Shown here piece by piece: positions 39,661-54,408 of a stretch of 54,408 nt of DNA. The stretch covers positions 1 to 54,408 of the forward strand of contig CAXIUT010000057.1 of the NCBI GenBank assembly GCA_964035545.1, written 5' to 3'. The position numbers and the translations under genes are program-made. A model generated the notes under the pieces. It was not told the DNA's origin. It ran no database searches and saw nothing but the letters and a program-made list of their open reading frames with translations. The stretch's first letter is position 1, and the number at the start of each line of letters is the position of its first letter. The DNA comes from Bugula neritina (Eukaryota > Animalia > Bryozoa).

Positions 39661-42600
39661 TCAGTGTGGCATCGTTAGGGGCATGTTATTGGACATGGAT
39701 GTTTTATTGAAGATATCTTAAAAAAAATGACTCAAGAGAGTGACTTTTTTTCTATCGCCAATACAAAGAATACGATATTAGGTTTGATCTAAATAAGATA
39801 TGAATTACTTCTATTGAAGCGAGATGGTAGTTTGGGAAGACAAATGACTATAATATCCATCAAAGAACATTATTTAATGGCCTGAGTATCTTGAAATCTT
39901 TAATCAAGAAAATTATAAAAACATAACCTACCCGATGGAGTTGAAAAGATCAATTTGGTTGGATATAAAAATACATAACTTACTGACTATTTCTACCATT
40001 TCCACTGTAACTATTGCTGCCAGTTATACACCCGCAATCCTTACTATCCATAGCATACTATAAATATTTAATTGACTTTTATTTTCTAGTAAGTAAAATT
40101 CATCTACAAGGACATTATTATCTATTTTCCTCTTTTCAGTTATGATTTATTGAGTTAGAATAGTTGTTAGTGCTGAGTATCTGTTCTTTTTTTACTAGTT
40201 ATTTTCATATCTGATAGACTCTACTTCAGCAGTTCAAAAGACGCAGAAGACTAGATAGATATTTATGAATATTACTTCTTATTGTTTGAGTTTTAAATTA
40301 TAGATAAAATTTGTTGTTATCTGTGAAGATGTTGATAAGATTCCATCCTGGTTGGAGATAAGCCTAATCATAGGACAGTTGAGAAGAAGTAGTATGAGAT
40401 AGATCTTTCTTATGACTTGATTTATGAGGTTTATTCTCTGTTATTATCTTTTTAGGTCGATGCTCTTTACTAAATAATCTAGATGGACATTGACCGAAAT
40501 ACGTGATCTGGTCTATTGTCGCCTTCATCTCTAAAGGATTCTTCATCAATTATTTCCATTTCTATTGCACCTTCTACTCATAAGTTATATCCAAAAACAC
40601 ATTATTTCTCTATTAACTGCATTGATGTTTACCAAAGATAAGATCTATCCATAGATGTAGATTTTAACTAACCCAGTCAGACTATAGTCCAGCTCTTAGA
40701 GTTAAAACAAATTATTCTGCTGAAGAAGCCCAAGGAGGTAATTACACATTATTAACTTATTATCCACACATTTTTTGACCAAACTAAATATTACCAACAT
40801 TTTTCAATAAAGCAGGCATGTAATAAAACTATGGTATTAGTTCCTTTATATCAGAAGTAGAAGAATCACTCATCAAAGTATCCCACACCTGATAAATAGA
40901 ACTAAATAATCTATCAGCCAGGTCAAATCCTTTCTGCATATCTCTGTCTATATTAATAAATATGATACGTAGAGTACTAAAAGGTTAAAGTCTCACAAGA
41001 TAGTACAAGATAAACAGAGAGGTCGAATAGTGAGAGCCATAAAAATGGCTGCCATTGTTGCTTCTATAAAGCTACTTGAACCTCTTTAACTTCTCAGGAT
41101 TAAGTGCTCCCATAGGTTTAGACAAATCTCGATATACATGATAATCAGTCAAATCCAATTTATCAGATTGGTAATCTTTAAGTATCCAAGGAAATATGTA
41201 GTACTGGTTCACATCGTTATGTGTCCTTCCGCTATATTTGTTAAGAATCATCAAATAGTCAAAATTAGATAGCTTACCTTACACCCATCTATCAGTATAA
41301 TTTGATTGAGTAAATTATTTAACAGGATCATTGATTATTTTAATGCCCTTATATATTTTTTGCAATGAACTCAAAAAAATAGACAAGTGCTTTTTAGTGT
41401 AAAAAGTAATGAATCTAGATATCCCATTAATCATGAATATTTATACAGAATTTTTCATTTGGCTAAATTTTCTTTACAATATCTACTCTATCTAATCCAA
41501 AAGAATAGTAAATTAAGTTAGTTGCTTTTAATTAAATTCTATTCCTGAGTACCATAAATAAACTTTTTATTTTATTCATAACATGGGTCTCTAGTTTTGA
41601 GGTTTTAACTTCATCTATCGCTAAGATAGCTCCCATTAACAAAAGTATACGCCTTATCTAGTTATCATCTAGCAATGTTTCTTGCCTGATTTTATCTGCT
41701 CCACTGATTAAATGTACTCATCTTCAAATGTTTATATATTTATCTCTTGCTCTTTCATTTACAACTCTTGCTATTAAAAAGCAAATGAATTTTCTTAGAA
41801 TAGCTAGTCGTATTTTATTGTGTTTAAACTTTACATATGTCTCATCTTTTTAAGAGAATAATCTTTGCAACTCACCTGCTGGGTTATCGGACATGTCATG
41901 TTAGAAAAACAATAATCCAATATCTTCAAAACTGTTCGAGTAGGACTAGTATAAGGATAAACCCTCTTGATCTTTCTAACTGAACTCTAAATAACAGTCA
42001 TATCAAGCTTATTAGTAAATAACTTCAGTGTTTTATAATGTTTTTAAGATAATGTTTTAAATTACATATCTTACATAGTTGAAGCAACTAAATCATGTTG
42101 TTTTGATCTATGAAGTATATAATGAATATGTAATAGTTATGCTAGTCTTATTTCTTTAGCTTTTCTGTTGAATTGACTGGCTAAGTTTATATCTTTGCCA
42201 TACTTGCTCCATTATTTAGGATTTTTACTTAGTATCTATATCATTTATGCTCTTTTTTTACTATCGAATTAAACATCTAGTGTCTTTCTTCTCTTTCTTG
42301 TAGTAGAATCAGGGATGTAGGATTGAAAATTACCAACAGAAGGAGGGGTAAAAGGATCATAAGTAAACCTCTAATTCTGTATGTTTTTGTCAGGACTCAA
42401 AAATAAATGATTACTCTCCAATTTAGATTAATATTTATGAGGAGAAGGAGTTTTTATGATATGATTGCCCTCTCTTATCATATCTTCATAATTGAATTTA
42501 TCGTAAATAGAAAATTTATTGAAATTCGATATATCCTTACCTATCCTAGGATTCTGAATCTCATTTATTACCAACATAGAATAAGAATGCAAGATCTACT

Positions 42601-45600
42601 AGTTTAACTCTTAGGCATACTTTTGAAGAAAATCACATAATCTCATTAAAAAAAATTATAAAAGACTTGAAGTCACGTCGTTCTATTTATCTATTTATTC
42701 TTTTTGATATATCTACTCATTTTATTTATAATATTCTCTGTGTTACTAGTATACTTAAGATAATTAGATTTATAATGAATTTTTTTATTGAGAATTATTT
42801 GGAAGTGAACCTCTAGGATCATTAACCGACTTCTTTATCAAACTTTTCTTATTATTTTTATTTATAAGTAAAAGCAATTAAATAAACTTAGTAAAATCCA
42901 TATTCATTCTGACTTCAATAAGATCCAATACAATTAGCATCAATTTAAAGTATATTCCACCTTTTAGTTATAAAAAATTCAACTTTTACATCTTTTTAAA
43001 ACGATTTATCAATTTATCAACAGAGGATGGTTCTTTTTCAGCCAATAACCTTGGAAATGTATAATCAAAGGTTTTCTAATAGATATATTAAACTAGCTAT
43101 TAATTCCCATAGAAAATAACTAAACATAATCGATTATATTGAAAATAATAGTTTCTTTTTGATCTTATAGAAAAGTGTTACTAAAACGTACAACAACCAA
43201 AAGTTAATAAATATATTGAAGCACAACAACATGATTACATAAGGCTATTTCTTTTATATTTTTGACTTGTAAAGGATAAAGAGTCATCTATAAACTTTTA
43301 TCAGCATATTTTAGATATTTATTCATAAACATCATGAACTTCTTTTTAGAACTTTTGCTTATTATTCTAAAAGAAAGCTAAAATATTTTATTCAAATCTT
43401 ACTTAAATTAATTTAACTATTTGTTTTATATACTTTTTATTCCCAGTAAAAATTATATATATTCCTAAGTACATATTGTGTTTTGGGTTGATATACCAAT
43501 AGAATCATGATATTCCATCTATTTCTATCTCATTTCAAGAAAAGACAACAATATTATAACAGCATCTTGTAATGTTTAGTATTGTGTATCTTACCAAAGT
43601 TTTATCAGTAAGTATAGTTAAACATGAAGGAAATTTTATTTTTTTTAATCATATTTTCCTGACTTTCTAGCAGTACTCAACTTCTTCTTCAGCATTTTAG
43701 GAACAGAATCCATCTGTAATTCAATAATAAGCAGACTAATGAGTTATGAAAACTATTATTTTTTCATTTTTTTAACCAGCCTTCTTATCTGAGCTGTTTC
43801 AAAAGGATTTGCCTTACTGTACATAATATAGTGAATCAATGATATTTTTGATTTAACAGAACAAAATTAAAAAATAATCTATAAGACATTAGTTTCCAGT
43901 ATCAGATACTTACATAGCATTTTATTTCTAAGATTGTCTAAATTGTCACTACTTATGCATTCAATCAAATCTTACAACAATATTGTCAATCTGCTACTCA
44001 ATATATCACTATATTTGGCTTTGCATACATAATGTTAGAATTTAAGAGTCAAAAAGGTGTTATCTTGATGTTTCAGTATGATATTATTTATCAAATCTGC
44101 CATTCCTTACTCCTAGTTTTCAGATAATAGACATATCTGTTAAAACATCTAGATGTTCTGATTCTAACATAGTATAAAATCCTCAAGCTTCAAGTATTCA
44201 GATAGATTAATTGTTAGCATTTTACGAGTTTATTAAGAAAATAAGAACCAAAATTCAACTGGAAGCAATGCAGATACAAATAAATAATACATATATTGAG
44301 AATAAGCATTTTTTTACATCAATTATAACTATATTTATAGATTTTATGATGTTTTTAGATATTTAAATCCTTTTTGGAGAAGAGAAAGAAAAGCTCTTAG
44401 TAGTATGATTTAGTTAGGTATTTTTTTAAAATAACCCTTCATTGTATGTAATTTAAATAATCTAAAAGATAGTCTTATGAATATTTTATATCCATCTAAA
44501 GGATTAAACTGTTTAAAGTTTTTAAGCATCTAACCCCATATACAAAACATCCTCTAAAAATCAAATTTTTAAAGAAAAGATATCTTCTTAATTTTAGGTA
44601 AATATTTGATCTTTACTTCCATATTTTTAAGAGGAATTACATGACTAATCAACCCCTTTATCACCTCACTACTAGCACTATTCATTATTATAGTATTTTA
44701 AAGATAGGCCTGAGAATAACATTTAAATTAGACAGAAGTAAGCAAACCATCTTAGATGAAGTCAATGGATTGTCCATTAATAGAGAGAACCATATGAAAT
44801 TTATTTTTATGAGTAGATTATAGAGTAAGTATAAGTTAGATAGTTTATGGATTTTTTTTAAGATCTTTCAATGAAATCTCTTTAAGCACTTCTTTTAACT
44901 AAGTATCACTTTTTTTAGAATATATATAACATCTCTAATTTTTAACCTCAATTATATACACTTTTGATATTGTTACTATAAATATATCAAAATATATCTA
45001 CATATTGGTATTTCTTATAAGATTAGTCTTGAATTTCAAACTTTTCTCATTATTTTTAAATACTTATTAATATTTCCATTAAATACTTATTTTATTATTA
45101 TGAGTCTATGTATATTCTGATGGCTATGCTGTAGTATCCAAAAAAGAAAGAATCAGATTAGCTAGTCCATAGATTCTATCTTTACTATTTTTATCTTTTT
45201 TTTAATAAACAAAAGGAAATATCTTCTTAATCTCTCTAAAACAAAATATATAACATATATTATTGCATTCTGATCTATTCATAAAATTACTCCATTTCTT
45301 CATAATTAGACTAGAATTCTTTTGAAACTAGCCATCTTGAATGATAATCGATAACTCATGAAGCAAATTAAATGCTTATAAACTATAAGTTGATATTTAG
45401 AAATATTTTGATTCTTCAAGAAGTGTTGTCAAAAATTATATATCATATAATCTATCTTTAGTAAATATAGAATAAGTCCTCTCAAACTATATTATTGCCT
45501 GAAGGTATATTAGCACTGATGATTTGTTTTTCAGCAATCTCACCAAATACTATAGCAAAAATATTATTTAATGCAGCTATGTGTCGCCATTTATTTTGAT

Positions 45601-47487
45601 AAAACCTAAAGAAAAGTATTCATATGACTATACCTACAATTTAAGTCCAAAAATAGCCTGGCATACTATCATATACTTGAAAAGAGTCAAACTGAATACC
45701 TGACTACGATTGGCCACCTTCAAAATGATAGAATAATACTAAAGAGCACTATTATAACCTGCTAAATCAATTTTTATAATTGAAGAAGTGAGATTTATCA
45801 ATTTTGGATTAATATCGATAGTTTTAGCACTTATTGCCTTAACTATCATTTTCATATACATTTAATAGATCTATTGGCATGTTTATGCACTTTATAACCA
45901 ATCTTATTTGACAAAAGGATGAGCTTGGATAAATTATTTTGATTGTTTTAGTCCTGTATCTATTCTTTGTTGTAATATTATTTATAACATGATCAAGTGA
46001 TCTTTCTTTCTTTATTTAAATATCTTTTTATGAAGTTTTTGCAAAGCTGAACTCTTTAAATTTGATGCCTATTTAGTGAGAAACATTTAAAATTGAGGTA
46101 AATTCATCTAATTTTACAAATATATCTATACTATGAAGTTGATAGTATCTGGTGCTAGTTTTTTATTATTTTTAGTATAAGAATAAAAATATATCTCAAC
46201 AAACCTCTATTTCCTTTTATTATCTCCATACTAAGCTAGCTGTAAATTATAAAACTGAGTTTAAGGTTGATTAAGTTAAGGATCAGAAACAAGCAACTAC
46301 CCATATATCTTATCAATAAAGTCATTTATTTTTTTATCTTGATTTTATATCAAAATCTGATAAATCTAATTTTTCAACTTAGGAAACAACCTTTACCCCA
46401 CCATTAATAGAAGAACCTTGAAATGAGTAATCAAAACTTAACTTCTAACATGTAGACTCAATAGATTTCTAACCATTCTTACCAAAGTACTCAGATATTG
46501 AGGATCTATTTTGATATAAAGGCCAATACTATAAAAAAACATTTTTTAATTTTAATGATCTATTTTTTGAATTATATCGTCATCAGAAGGAGCCAATCCT
46601 TGATGCAATTCTAAACAAAATTAATAGAATCTAATAGGTTTTTGAGATTGACCATTAAATATCAGTAGATGTGAAGTAAATTGGATAAATTATCTTACCA
46701 TATTGAATTAATTTGGTTTTTATGCCTGTTCTATAATAATAGTTGATATTTTTAAAGCTCTTTATACAAAATATTCATCCTAAAAATCTTATTCTACGTA
46801 TTCTTTTATATATTTAATCGATGAGTATCCCATAAGACTTTCAAAAAGATTTGTTTTTCTTATAAACTTTCCCTTCATCTTCTTGTTCTGTTGTCTCTCG
46901 TTTATTTTAACAAAAACAGATAAAAGAAGATCAATTATAGGCACTACTTTTATTTTTAGTCTTAGCATAGTAATTTAATTAGATTTAACGTATTCTTGTA
47001 GATATCGATTGATGGCGAGGCAAAAGACTTAAGCATAGAAATCTTCTTAGCTGAAAAGATCAATAAGATCTATTTAGAAGGTGGTGATAAAGCTTTAGAG
47101 ATAGAAGAAACTAAAATTTCTAATATTAATTTAATCTATTTGTTTTCCCATGTATAGTATCACAACCGGTAATTAATTCTTCTTATACTGAGGAACATCT
47201 TTAGTCACGAATGGATTTATCAAATTAATAGCTTTCTTAATAGATGTGAAAGTACTGTTTAACTGGTTAATTTTTGACGGATAGTAGATAGGAGAGGTGG
47301 AGGGTATTTGAAATCTGTTTATCTGAAATATTTATAGAATTTAGGTTCTTGGGTTGGCTTTATCAGCATTGATTAATAATATACTATGAAATATCAAAAC
47401 TCTAATTACATCAATTCTCTATTATTTAATTACATCCTAAATTATAAACTTATCCATCTCAATCATACTTACATTGTTTAATCTCAT
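39661..47487 (-). CDS. Giant BEACH-domain protein (BEACH plus WD40-like C-terminus; LYST/neurobeachin family), about 2590 aa; introns at 40948-40968 (21 nt) and 39789-39808 (20 nt); two apparent 1-nt frameshifts (near 43115 and 40292)
   Basis: [63 protein letters not shown][TAG][24 protein letters not shown]...H; frame 47487-43012 checked and free of TGA. Confidence 0.9.
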
Positions 47488-47754
47488 TATCTTAAAAATA
47501 TTTTTTCAATATAATCATTGATATCTTAATTAATGACAATATTAATATTATCATTTTAATATTTAAACTATTGAATATTGTTGAAATAGGCTGATAAAAG
47601 ATCGAAATCAAATCAAAAATCAATTTTGGTTTTATTTTATTCAGGGATAAATATAACAAAAAAAATCAGGAAATAACTTATTTATCCACTTTTTATAATT
47701 TATTTTTCTACATTTTCTATCGATTTAATATAATATCTGATTGACTATCATTCA

Positions 47755-50229
47755 TCACTATTCTTTAGGGGAATAGAGTTCTCCATTGAAGTTAATTTTT
47801 TTTTCTGAGTCATTTTCTTCAATATCTAAGCTGTCTGCATCTCCCCATAAGTATAATCCAAATCTGTCTTATAAACTGTCTTCAGCAACAGATGAATCTT
47901 TTCCAATGATTTTGGCCCATTAGTATTCAAAATACTCAAAATAAGTCCCCTCAATAATATGCTTCAAATGACTCTCCATAGAAGTACTTTCCTTCAACAA
48001 TGAATTTTAAACATCATCGTCAATATCGTCTTTGACTATGTTTTCATAAATACGAACAGGTTTGTAATAGATAAGTTCCCCATCTTAAAGAGAAGAAGCC
48101 ATTTTTCTTAAACTTAGCCCATGCTTAGTTATTCTAGTCTCTTTCACTACTCCCTTATGAACCCAAAATGACATCTTCTGCTTCACTATATTTTGAGATA
48201 TCTGCAACTAACTGCTCAGTTATTCAGAACTGACTCCATTTTTACTATCTTTTATCTTATCTTCATCAAAGTAAGTAATCATAATAGCCTGAATAGGTAA
48301 ACATTTAAAAGGAAAACTTCCATTATCGAAAGATAAAGTCAAATTCACATGACCCAAATTATAATGGAAATTTATCTTACGCATAGCCTTTATCTATGCA
48401 AAACGCTTAGAATACTCCTCGAATACCAACTTCATTTCAGCTGGTAAATTAAAAGAACTCGTGTTTTAATAATTAATTGGCCAATATCCCTTAGAAACAG
48501 AGAGACAGTTAAGTTAGTTTAATGATATTATAGATCTTGGATTATTTTGACTCTTCTTTGCATGAATAATAGTGTCATTCCTCTTTGAATCCTTTACATC
48601 TTTTACTATTATATTGCAAGTCTGTAAAGCTGATTACCCAAATCTCATCTTCAAAAGTTAAAGGTTCTTTAACTATTAGTCAATATCATAATCTTTTACA
48701 CTCATTAACTTTTATGCCATCATACTCTGATATTCCCCAATAAAAGCTTATTGAGAACCATATAGTCCTACAAGGACAGTTACTAGATCTATCTCTTGAT
48801 ATTTTACTCTTTTCTTGATTTTTTGCTACTGAACTGGTAAAATTTGCCATTCCTTAGCTTTATTCTCATCTTCCTCACTACTCATCTCCTCAATGTACTC
48901 TTTTGAAGGAATTTTAACCACTTCTCTAGTCAATTTAGAATAGTTTTAGATATCATCAGTAAGATGTGAAATAATGCACCTGAGAGTATCATTTCTTTTA
49001 AGGAGATAATTTTTGATAGGCAATGTTATTTTTTAAAAGATAATACCTTGAGGATCAAGTAACTGCAATACTTTAAGCATATTGATGTACTGATTTAAGA
49101 TAGTATGAGTGATCACTCCAGGAATAAGCAATCTACTTTCAACCTATTTCTTTAAATATTGTTCTACTTCTGCTAACTAAGTAAAATGAGTATTACTAAA
49201 GGAGCTTTATCAAGACATTTCTTCAACGAAAGGATAACACCTAAACTATCAGGAAAATCAAGGATAATATTCAATATATTTTGAGAACAATGTTTAGCTC
49301 CTAAAAAGTAGATATTATCATCAAGTTGATCAACATAATTTTTAATAAAGAAATTTTAAGTCACATTGTTTTTTAACTGTTTGATAAAATGTTTTTGAAA
49401 TGACCTTTAAAAACTTAAACATTTAGTCAGGAAGTCTCTTTTCTAGGAAAAAGAAGTACAATTTTAAATAAACAACTATGACTCCTTATTGAGATAATCA
49501 TAGAACATCTAGAAATAATCTTCGGCAAGTCCCAATACAAACAATCTAGAAAATATATTTTGAATTTTAACAACCTAAAAATTAAACTTATTTCCTTATT
49601 TGCATCTAGCAGTCATATACTCACTTACATTCTACTAAAACTATAAAATCTATGAAGAAAGGACATTCAAACTATTCCTAAAATAACAAAACCTAGATAA
49701 CTATACAACTTACTGTAATAGTTTGAATGCTTTAGTTTTGAGGTTATATCTATCCAAAAGAACATAGATCTTCTTCCTAAACATCTATAAATATCTATAT
49801 TCCTTTATCATAGGAAATGTACCTGGTCGAATATGGCAATATATTTCTCATGAACGCAATATAACTCATAAACCACCTCAATATACGAAGTCAACTACAT
49901 TTCCATGTAGTTTTTATTGCTACCCAATGTAGAAGCAATCTCATCCAACTGCTTCACCAGTCCATTCTCGATAACTTGCTACAATTCAGCTAAATAACCT
50001 AAAAGCTACTCTGATAGTATTCTATCATAGTCGGAATCAACTAAGGAGTCGTCTTGCATGTCTATTCCCATAACTATTTGCTTCTCAATATAAATTGAGA
50101 GAGATCTGGAATTTGACTAGTAAAAAGAACATTCATGCTCTGCTTGAATAACCTCCAATTTGAACTCTGCTGGTTTGATACCTGCTGGTAACTAGAAGGG
50201 TCGCTAAGAACCAATTCAAATATATTCAT
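47755..50229 (-). CDS. APC2: Anaphase-promoting complex subunit 2 (cullin-like); 20-nt introns at 49803-49822 and 49177-49196 (possible 21-nt intron at 49693-49713); 5' end has an unresolved frame change
   Basis: IILDFPDS...LKKCL, RLLIPGV.T..IL..YI..LK.L..LDPQG, RNDTLRCII, LVGLYGSQEAFIGEY, NLELLKMRFGE..LQTCNIIVKDVKDSKR; ends TGA TGA. Confidence 0.9.
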
Positions 50230-50284
50230 TTAAATTTTACTAACAAATCAAAATCAAATAAATATAAAATCAGATAAGTAAAGA

Positions 50285-52852
50285 TCAATGATCAAGTGAT
50301 TTATTGTTCGTAATTGATCTAAATCTAGAAGAAAAAAGATCCTGCTTCTTTCTAATCTAAAAATCTCCCATTCTAGTCTTATTAGCTAAATAATTTTTCA
50401 TCCTCAATATATCTACTCTCACCTAGCCAGTAGAGCCCATCTAATTGTCATTATCAATCATAGATTATTTTGTTCTTTTAGCCTTTTTAGTGATAATAGC
50501 TATGGATGGGCCCTTCTTTCTTTATAATCTATTGATATTGGTCTATGAGGCTTGTTTTGTGATGTCAGTCTGTTGCTAGTAATAATGTTTTATCTGTTTA
50601 AGTATTCCATTTTCTGCCTCTTTAAGAGATACCAAAGATTATAGTTATTTTTTTCTTTAGCTAAGAGCTCTGATAACCTTTTTATCTTGAGATCGAATTG
50701 GTCGATTTAAAATGATTTATTCAAGTTCCCATATTTTAGATTTAAGAACATCAGATTGCTTTTTGTGAATATTTTTAAGTTAAAGACAATCTTATAAAAA
50801 TTGTTCCTTTAATTCATTTGTTACCTTAATCCACCTCTCCTTTCGAAATTTATTCTCTTCAAGCTAATTAACAAGATGCAATATCTAACTTTACTTTGCT
50901 TATACGTCACTCTCTAAGTCTATTTTTATATTTGTTAAATCTCTGACTTCTTATATTTTCGATTATAACAGTTCTCTTAACTCTTTCTTTAGAATCAAGT
51001 CTCTTTCTCCCTTTTAAGCTTCAAATTTCATTTTTGATTGTCTACTTTCGATTTCACTTTCAAAAAATTTAACCTTCTATTATATATTCTTCCTCAAATC
51101 ATCTATCTAATTCATATAATATTTCTATTTCTTCCCAAATGATTTTTATAACTCTCTATATTTTTGCTTTTACACCATAATCTCCTTCTCTTTCTCCTGA
51201 ACCATTTCTTTTCCTTTCTATTCAAGTAAAATAATTTATTTCTGATGTTAATTTCTCATATTTGCTTATTTCTAAACAAGTTAAAAATCTTTTCGATCAT
51301 TGATCTTCTCCATCAATTTTATTTCCTCATCTTTTTCCTCAACTATCTCTTTTATCTACTGCTTATGTTCTTCAATCATAATATCCCTTTCTTTCTAGAA
51401 TTTAACATTAATTTATTTTTATAAAATAACTATCTGCTCTTCTACTTTCACATTCAAAGTCGACATCCTCAAACTATCATACTCCAACTCTTCGATCTTA
51501 GTTATATACTTCTCTATCCGATTTTAATATTCCAAACGATAAGCATTTTCGTTCTCCACTATCATCTGGTTAGTCTAGTATATCAAATGTTATAAAGATA
51601 AGATTCTATCCTGTTTCTATGAAAATTTTAGTTAATATTACTACATTTTCTTCTAATTCAATGATATTTTCTTTCTTAATCTAGAAATTTACTGTTATTC
51701 CTATTCATGTCTAAGCACGTATTTTAATATTTAGTCAGTTACTTCACGTTTTTTGACTTATAACTAGGTTTGATGCTGTACTATTCTGTCATTATAATAT
51801 CTCTATAAGTTATTTTTAACCTTCTAAAACTATCTATGCCACTTCTCCTAAAAATACTGCTACAAACTCTAATTTCCTTTCTTTTACTTCTACAATTCCA
51901 CCAATGTCTTCTTCAATTCCACATCTAAAGCCTCAAATTCAATCTGTTTCCTCTTATACTTGCTCTCCTGATTAATACATTAAGATCGAATCTCATTGAC
52001 CCGAATCTAATAATGCAACTTCTTATTTGTTATATCACTAACTGATTTCTTCAATTGAGCGTTTTACTGGAGCAAACTTGATATAGTAGTGTTCAATTAG
52101 TTAAAATTTACAACCTTATCTATCATCTTACTCACCTCATGTCCCTCCTTCAAATGAAATTACTCTTTATTCTCTATCTTTTTAAAAGTTTTTTGCCAGC
52201 AGTTTTATGTTATCATCTCTGCTTTTGATCTAATCCCTCAAGTTATCTGTATCTCTTTGAAACTATTATTACAATTTCGACCGATAATCTACCATTTCCT
52301 GTTTGGTATTGGCAACTGAAGCAGAAATAGCAGTTCTCATCTCTTCTTGTCTCAATATCTCCTTCACCTCTTCATCTTTCAATATCTGCTCATACTTCTC
52401 CTTAGTATCCTTGTATTTTCTACGAAGCTAAGATAGCTGTTCAAGATTTTATTTTTGCATTTAATTCTGTTGACTTTGAAGAGATTAATATTTAGCTTCT
52501 AATTCCAAGAACTTTCTCTCTTTCTCCATCACCTAAACTGACAACTCCCTTTCCTTTTTTTTAGTTTACTAAAACAACCATTTGAGTGTTTCAGTTTAAT
52601 TACTTTTAGTTCTATGTTAAAAAATGCTATTTTAAAACATTTTAGCATATTAACGCAAACACTAATAGGGTGTTTAATAGACTGCCTTGGCTTTTCCTAT
52701 TTTATTAAGCTGTTCAATCATAAAGGTCTAGAATTCTAAATAAAGATAGAAATACCACTCAGAGTTTTACGAGCTACTATCAAATCATCTTTCAACCTGA
52801 TATTCTATCTCTGCATCTCGTCCATCATGATAAGCAAATTACTTCTCTTCAT
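50285..52852 (-). CDS. Long coiled-coil protein, about 845 aa; 20-nt intron at 52736-52755; one further frame change near 52150-52195
   Basis: E/K/Q/L-rich, heptad-like translation under TAR=Glu; ends in TGA at 50285. Confidence 0.75.
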
Positions 52853-52998
52853 CGCAATAAACTAATTATAATATTTTCATCAATTTTAATCAATCTAAAT
52901 AGATAAATATCACTTTATTTTATTGATATTTTGAGGATATATTATGTTTTTGGTCAAATAGTTAAATAAATAATTTTGAAAAGCTATATTTTATTTTA

Positions 52999-53514
52999 AT
53001 GTGGAAATAACATAAAGAAAATAGCAAAGCAGAAATAATATCCACTTCATCTTTTATCTATTAAAATTATGAAGAATAGCCAGGATTCGTAATGTATTAA
53101 CTTTTAAGAAGTCTACTCAAAAAACAATCTTTGAGTCCCTTTCTCAATATCAAATATGCCGCCATGAACAATTCCTAACCCTCTATTTAGTATAAACTTA
53201 AACATCAAAATCATAACAAAGAACTACTTTCAGTCAATATTGTGACATTTAACAATTTGCTATAAAAAAAAAATGATCAATAATGGATTCAAAACACTGA
53301 AAATTGCATATATTAAACATACCAAAAAGATGAAAGCTTTTTATAACATCAACAACATCTACAGAATAATAGATACCTTTTCAGTTATTTAAAATATACA
53401 ATAAAAATATTTACTTTAGTCAGCTTTGATCAATTTATTCTAATACTTTAAAACAAAATAAAATATGAAATAAAATTGTTCTTAGGAGTCAGCTTAGTTA
53501 TCATAAGATGTTGA
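52999..53514 (+). CDS. Possible hypothetical protein (171 aa open frame, boundaries uncertain)
   Basis: ATG-TGA frame only, with no motif; frames this long can occur by chance when there is a single stop codon. Confidence 0.25.
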
Positions 53515-54344
53515 TTTAATCATTGATACTCATAAAAAGCAAACTAAGATGATAGAATATCAATAAAGTTAGTATTAACAACCTCAAACAAAAGAATAAT
53601 TTATTTATATAATAAGAGATTCCTAGAAAAGAAGAAAAACTCCTCCAACTAATTATATAAAAATCCCTCTTTTAACCTAAATGTCAAAATAATATAAATA
53701 CAAGCATCACCCAGAAAAAGTCAAAATAAAATCAAATAAAACTTATAAATATAAAATCACTAAAGCTGTTAAAATTGTAAATATTGTTTACAATCAAAAT
53801 AGAATAAAAATAAGATATAAATTTTGCTAAAAAGAAGAAAACAACTATAAATAAAGAGAAATAAGATATCATAGTAATCTTTCAGTGAAATGAATTCATC
53901 TTATAGCTCAAATTTATAATAATTTGAATAAAATAAAAATAAATATCCCCAAGTAATAACTAAATTTGTCTCACATCAAACTAAAACATCAGATATCGTG
54001 TTTTCAGACTAATTCAAATCGTAAAGATGATTATTCTATTTTCATTAAAATACATAAAAAACAAATAAAAATAATACAATTTAACTATATTTAAAGAACA
54101 AATCAATTTTTGTCTTTGCTTTCCTTTGCTTTATCAACACTATTCATTCCCTTAATTACCATTTATATTTGATCTCCATAAATATCAGTACAATCTACTA
54201 TTCTTTTTCTCAACTCAATGGGATTCTAGTGATATTGGTTTTGTTAGACTATCACTGCAGCGCATTCTTTGAATATTACAGATGATATTCTGTTGCTAAA
54301 TATTACATCCATACACACAATTAATATTTTATTATAAATTATAT

Positions 54345-54408
54345 GGGGTTTGGGGTTGGGGTTGGGGTTGGGGTTGGGGTTGGGGTTGGGGTTGGGGTTG
54401 GGGTTGGG
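54345..54408. repeat. Right telomere (GGGGTT)n; first unit is the variant GGGGTTT
   Basis: Terminal repeat array ending ...TTGGG at the last base. Confidence 0.99.

Noticed and set aside
53515-54344. Possible gene(s) in the right subtelomeric region
   Set aside because: Only short frames were found on either strand, with no recognisable motif or convincing intron chain

Overview
Eukaryotic, very AT-rich, gene-dense ciliate macronuclear DNA, with (CCCCAA)n at the left end and (GGGGTT)n at the right end. Invariant residues in many unrelated conserved proteins show that both TAA and TAG encode glutamate and that TGA is the only stop. This is the peritrich code (NCBI table 30), so the supplied standard-code ORF track is mostly fragments or antisense artefacts. 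Re-translated by hand, the window holds about 26 protein genes. These include Myb, IQCH-like, a Nudix hydrolase, NFU1, syntaxin-16, two kinases, TCF25/Rqc1, two tandem tyrosinases, CKS1, a TTLL9-like glutamylase, a ChAPs/exomer subunit, a giant BEACH protein and APC2, often only 15-100 bp apart. The most striking system is a set of ultra-short spliceosomal introns: 26 are exactly 20 nt (a few are 19, 21 or 22 nt), with a near-invariant putative branch A at intron position 15. One 19-nt intron appears to have just arisen from a 10-bp tandem duplication. An internal telomere tract at 32326-32394 splits the window into a complete 32.4-kb telomere-to-telomere chromosome and a 22-kb second chromosome joined end to end. 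Other features are a gene-conversion patch between the tyrosinase paralogues, a palindromic 24-bp minisatellite, 33-34-bp bidirectional promoters, and several 1-nt homopolymer frameshifts that are probably sequencing errors. All calls are from manual reading and motif recognition; no searches were run.
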